Below are positions 61,869 to 64,000 of a stretch of DNA of 64,000 bases, piece after piece. Below the pieces are notes generated by a model, which was not told where the DNA came from, searched no databases, and was given only the letters and a program-made list of their open reading frames with translations. Source of the DNA: Eledone cirrhosa (taxonomy: Eukaryota); NCBI GenBank assembly GCA_964016885.1, contig OZ024761.1, positions 24,180,001 through 24,244,000 of the forward strand, in the 5' to 3' direction. The translations under genes were made by a program, and so were the position numbers. Position 1 is the first letter of the stretch, and every line of letters begins with the position of its first letter.

Positions 61869-61995
61869 AATATGGTTTATAAATATAGTTTCCATTTATT
61901 AATATCGTATATCTACTCCAAAAACTTGTCGAGTGCTTTATATTAGTTATAAAAATATTTACTTGTTGTATCCCAACAATTTTAAATAGAACTTT

Positions 61996-62036
<41 letters not shown>

Positions 62037-62136
62037 TAATAAAAACAATGAAATAAAAACAAAGAACAAGTTCCTTATATGAAAAAAAAAAAAATCATCA
62101 TTTTACGATCGTTTCTAGGATGTATATGTGTGTTGG

Positions 62137-62274
<138 letters not shown>

Positions 62275-62332
62275 GTATATTTAATAGTAATTAAACCGAT
62301 CGAAACAGCAATGTTCCCCCGTCAACCTCTCT

Positions 62333-62930
62333 CACCACCCCCACCACCACCACGTCCTCCACTACACCACCACCACCCCCATCACCACTATTACACTACT
62401 ACCACCACTACACTACCACCACCACCATCACCACCACCACAACCACCACCATCACCACCACTTCCACTACACTACTCCCACCCCCTTCACCACTATTACA
62501 CTACCACCACCACTACACTACCACCAACACCACCCCCATCACCACTATTACACTACCACCACCACTACACTACCACCACTACATTACCCCCCCCCCCTCC
62601 ACACACACACACAAAACCACCACCATCACCACCACCTCCACTACACCACCCCACCCCATCACCACTATTACACCACCACTACACTACCACCACCGCCACC
62701 ATCACCACCACCTCCACTACAGCACCCCACCCCCACCCTCATCACCACTATTACACTACACTACCACCACTACACTACCACCACCCCCACCTCCACTACA
62801 CCACCACCTCCACTACACCACCACCGCCATCACCACTATTACACTACCACCACCACCACTACCACCTCCACCACCACCACCACCTTTACATCATCTCCAC
62901 CGTCTCTACCACCTCTAATACCAACACCAA
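62333..62930. repeat. (ACC/ACT)n low-complexity tract
   Basis: Source of the Pro/His/Thr-rich ORF 62128..63201. Confidence 0.9.
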
Positions 62931-63602
62931 TACGCTCTCTCCCAACTCTACGTCAACAGCAGCTGGCATCCATGTTTTTTTTCATTTTATATATAAAAGG
63001 ACAGATCACACGTGTGTGTCAGTGTGTGTGTATGTGTATGTGTGTGTATATGGGGTTGTGTGTATGCATATATATATATATATATGCATGTATGTATGTA
63101 TTTATGTATGTATGTATATACGGTGCATGTGTCAATGCAAGTATGTGTATATATGGGTTTGTGTGTATGCATATATTATATATATATATGGATGTATGTG
63201 AGCATTTATGTATGTATGAATGTATGCATATGTGTATGTATGTATGTATGTATGAATGTATGTATATGTATCTACGTATGAATGTATGTATATGTGTATG
63301 TTTGTATGTATGTATGAATGTATGTATATGTATCTACGTATGAATGTATGTATATGTGTATGTATGTATGTATGTATGAATGTATGTATATGTGTGTATG
63401 TATGAATGTATGTATATGTGTATGTACGTATGAATGTATGTATATGTGTGTATGTATGTATGCATGTGTATATGGTGCATGTGTGTGCATGTATGTATAT
63501 AAATGTGGGGTTGTGTATATGCATATATATGGATGTATGTGTGTATATGCTTATATGTATATATGTGGGTATGTATATATGTAAGTATGTGAGCGTGTAT
63601 GC

Positions 63603-63686
<84 letters not shown>

Positions 63687-64000
63687 TATATATACGTGTG
63701 TGTGTATATATGTAATGTATGTATATATGTAATGTATGTATATATGTAATGTATATATATATATATGTAATGTATATATATATATACATATGTATATATA
63801 TATATATATATATACACATATATACCTGTGCATATATATATATATATATATATTTATGTAATGTATGTATATATATGTGTGTGTGTAATGTATGTATATA
63901 TGTAATGTATATATATATATATATATATATATGTAATGTAAGTGTGTATGTGAACATATATGGAGGGAATACCGTGAAGTCTTCGAGGAGTAGGGGGTGG

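Overview
AT-rich, gene-poor eukaryotic DNA, intergenic or intronic. The repeat content suggests an octopus/cephalopod genome (inference from the dominant tRNA-derived SINE and the extreme (TA)n load). There is no convincing host protein-coding gene, and nearly all listed ORFs are microsatellite artefacts. The window holds: about 20 copies or fragments of one tRNA-derived SINE; decayed non-LTR retrotransposon fragments of five clades (RTE, CR1-group, R4/Dong, CRE, probable L1/Tx1); an internally deleted Hsmar2-like mariner; several minisatellite/satellite arrays; and a 200-nt assembly gap. The main observation is that many of the short unique-looking islands between (TA)n tracts fold as minimal type I hammerhead ribozymes (CUGANGA...GAAA...NUH) of the kind known from Penelope-like elements. 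At least 12 complete or near-complete motifs plus several 3' halves are present, from roughly 10 unrelated sequence families. Many sit in inverted pairs or in fold-back palindromes whose apex is a ribozyme stem, and one has its catalytic core flipped relative to a sister copy. The SINE also shares its 3' terminal ~30 nt and ATT tail with a LINE 3' end present in the window, which points to its mobilising partner. All structures were folded by eye, and no database searches were run.
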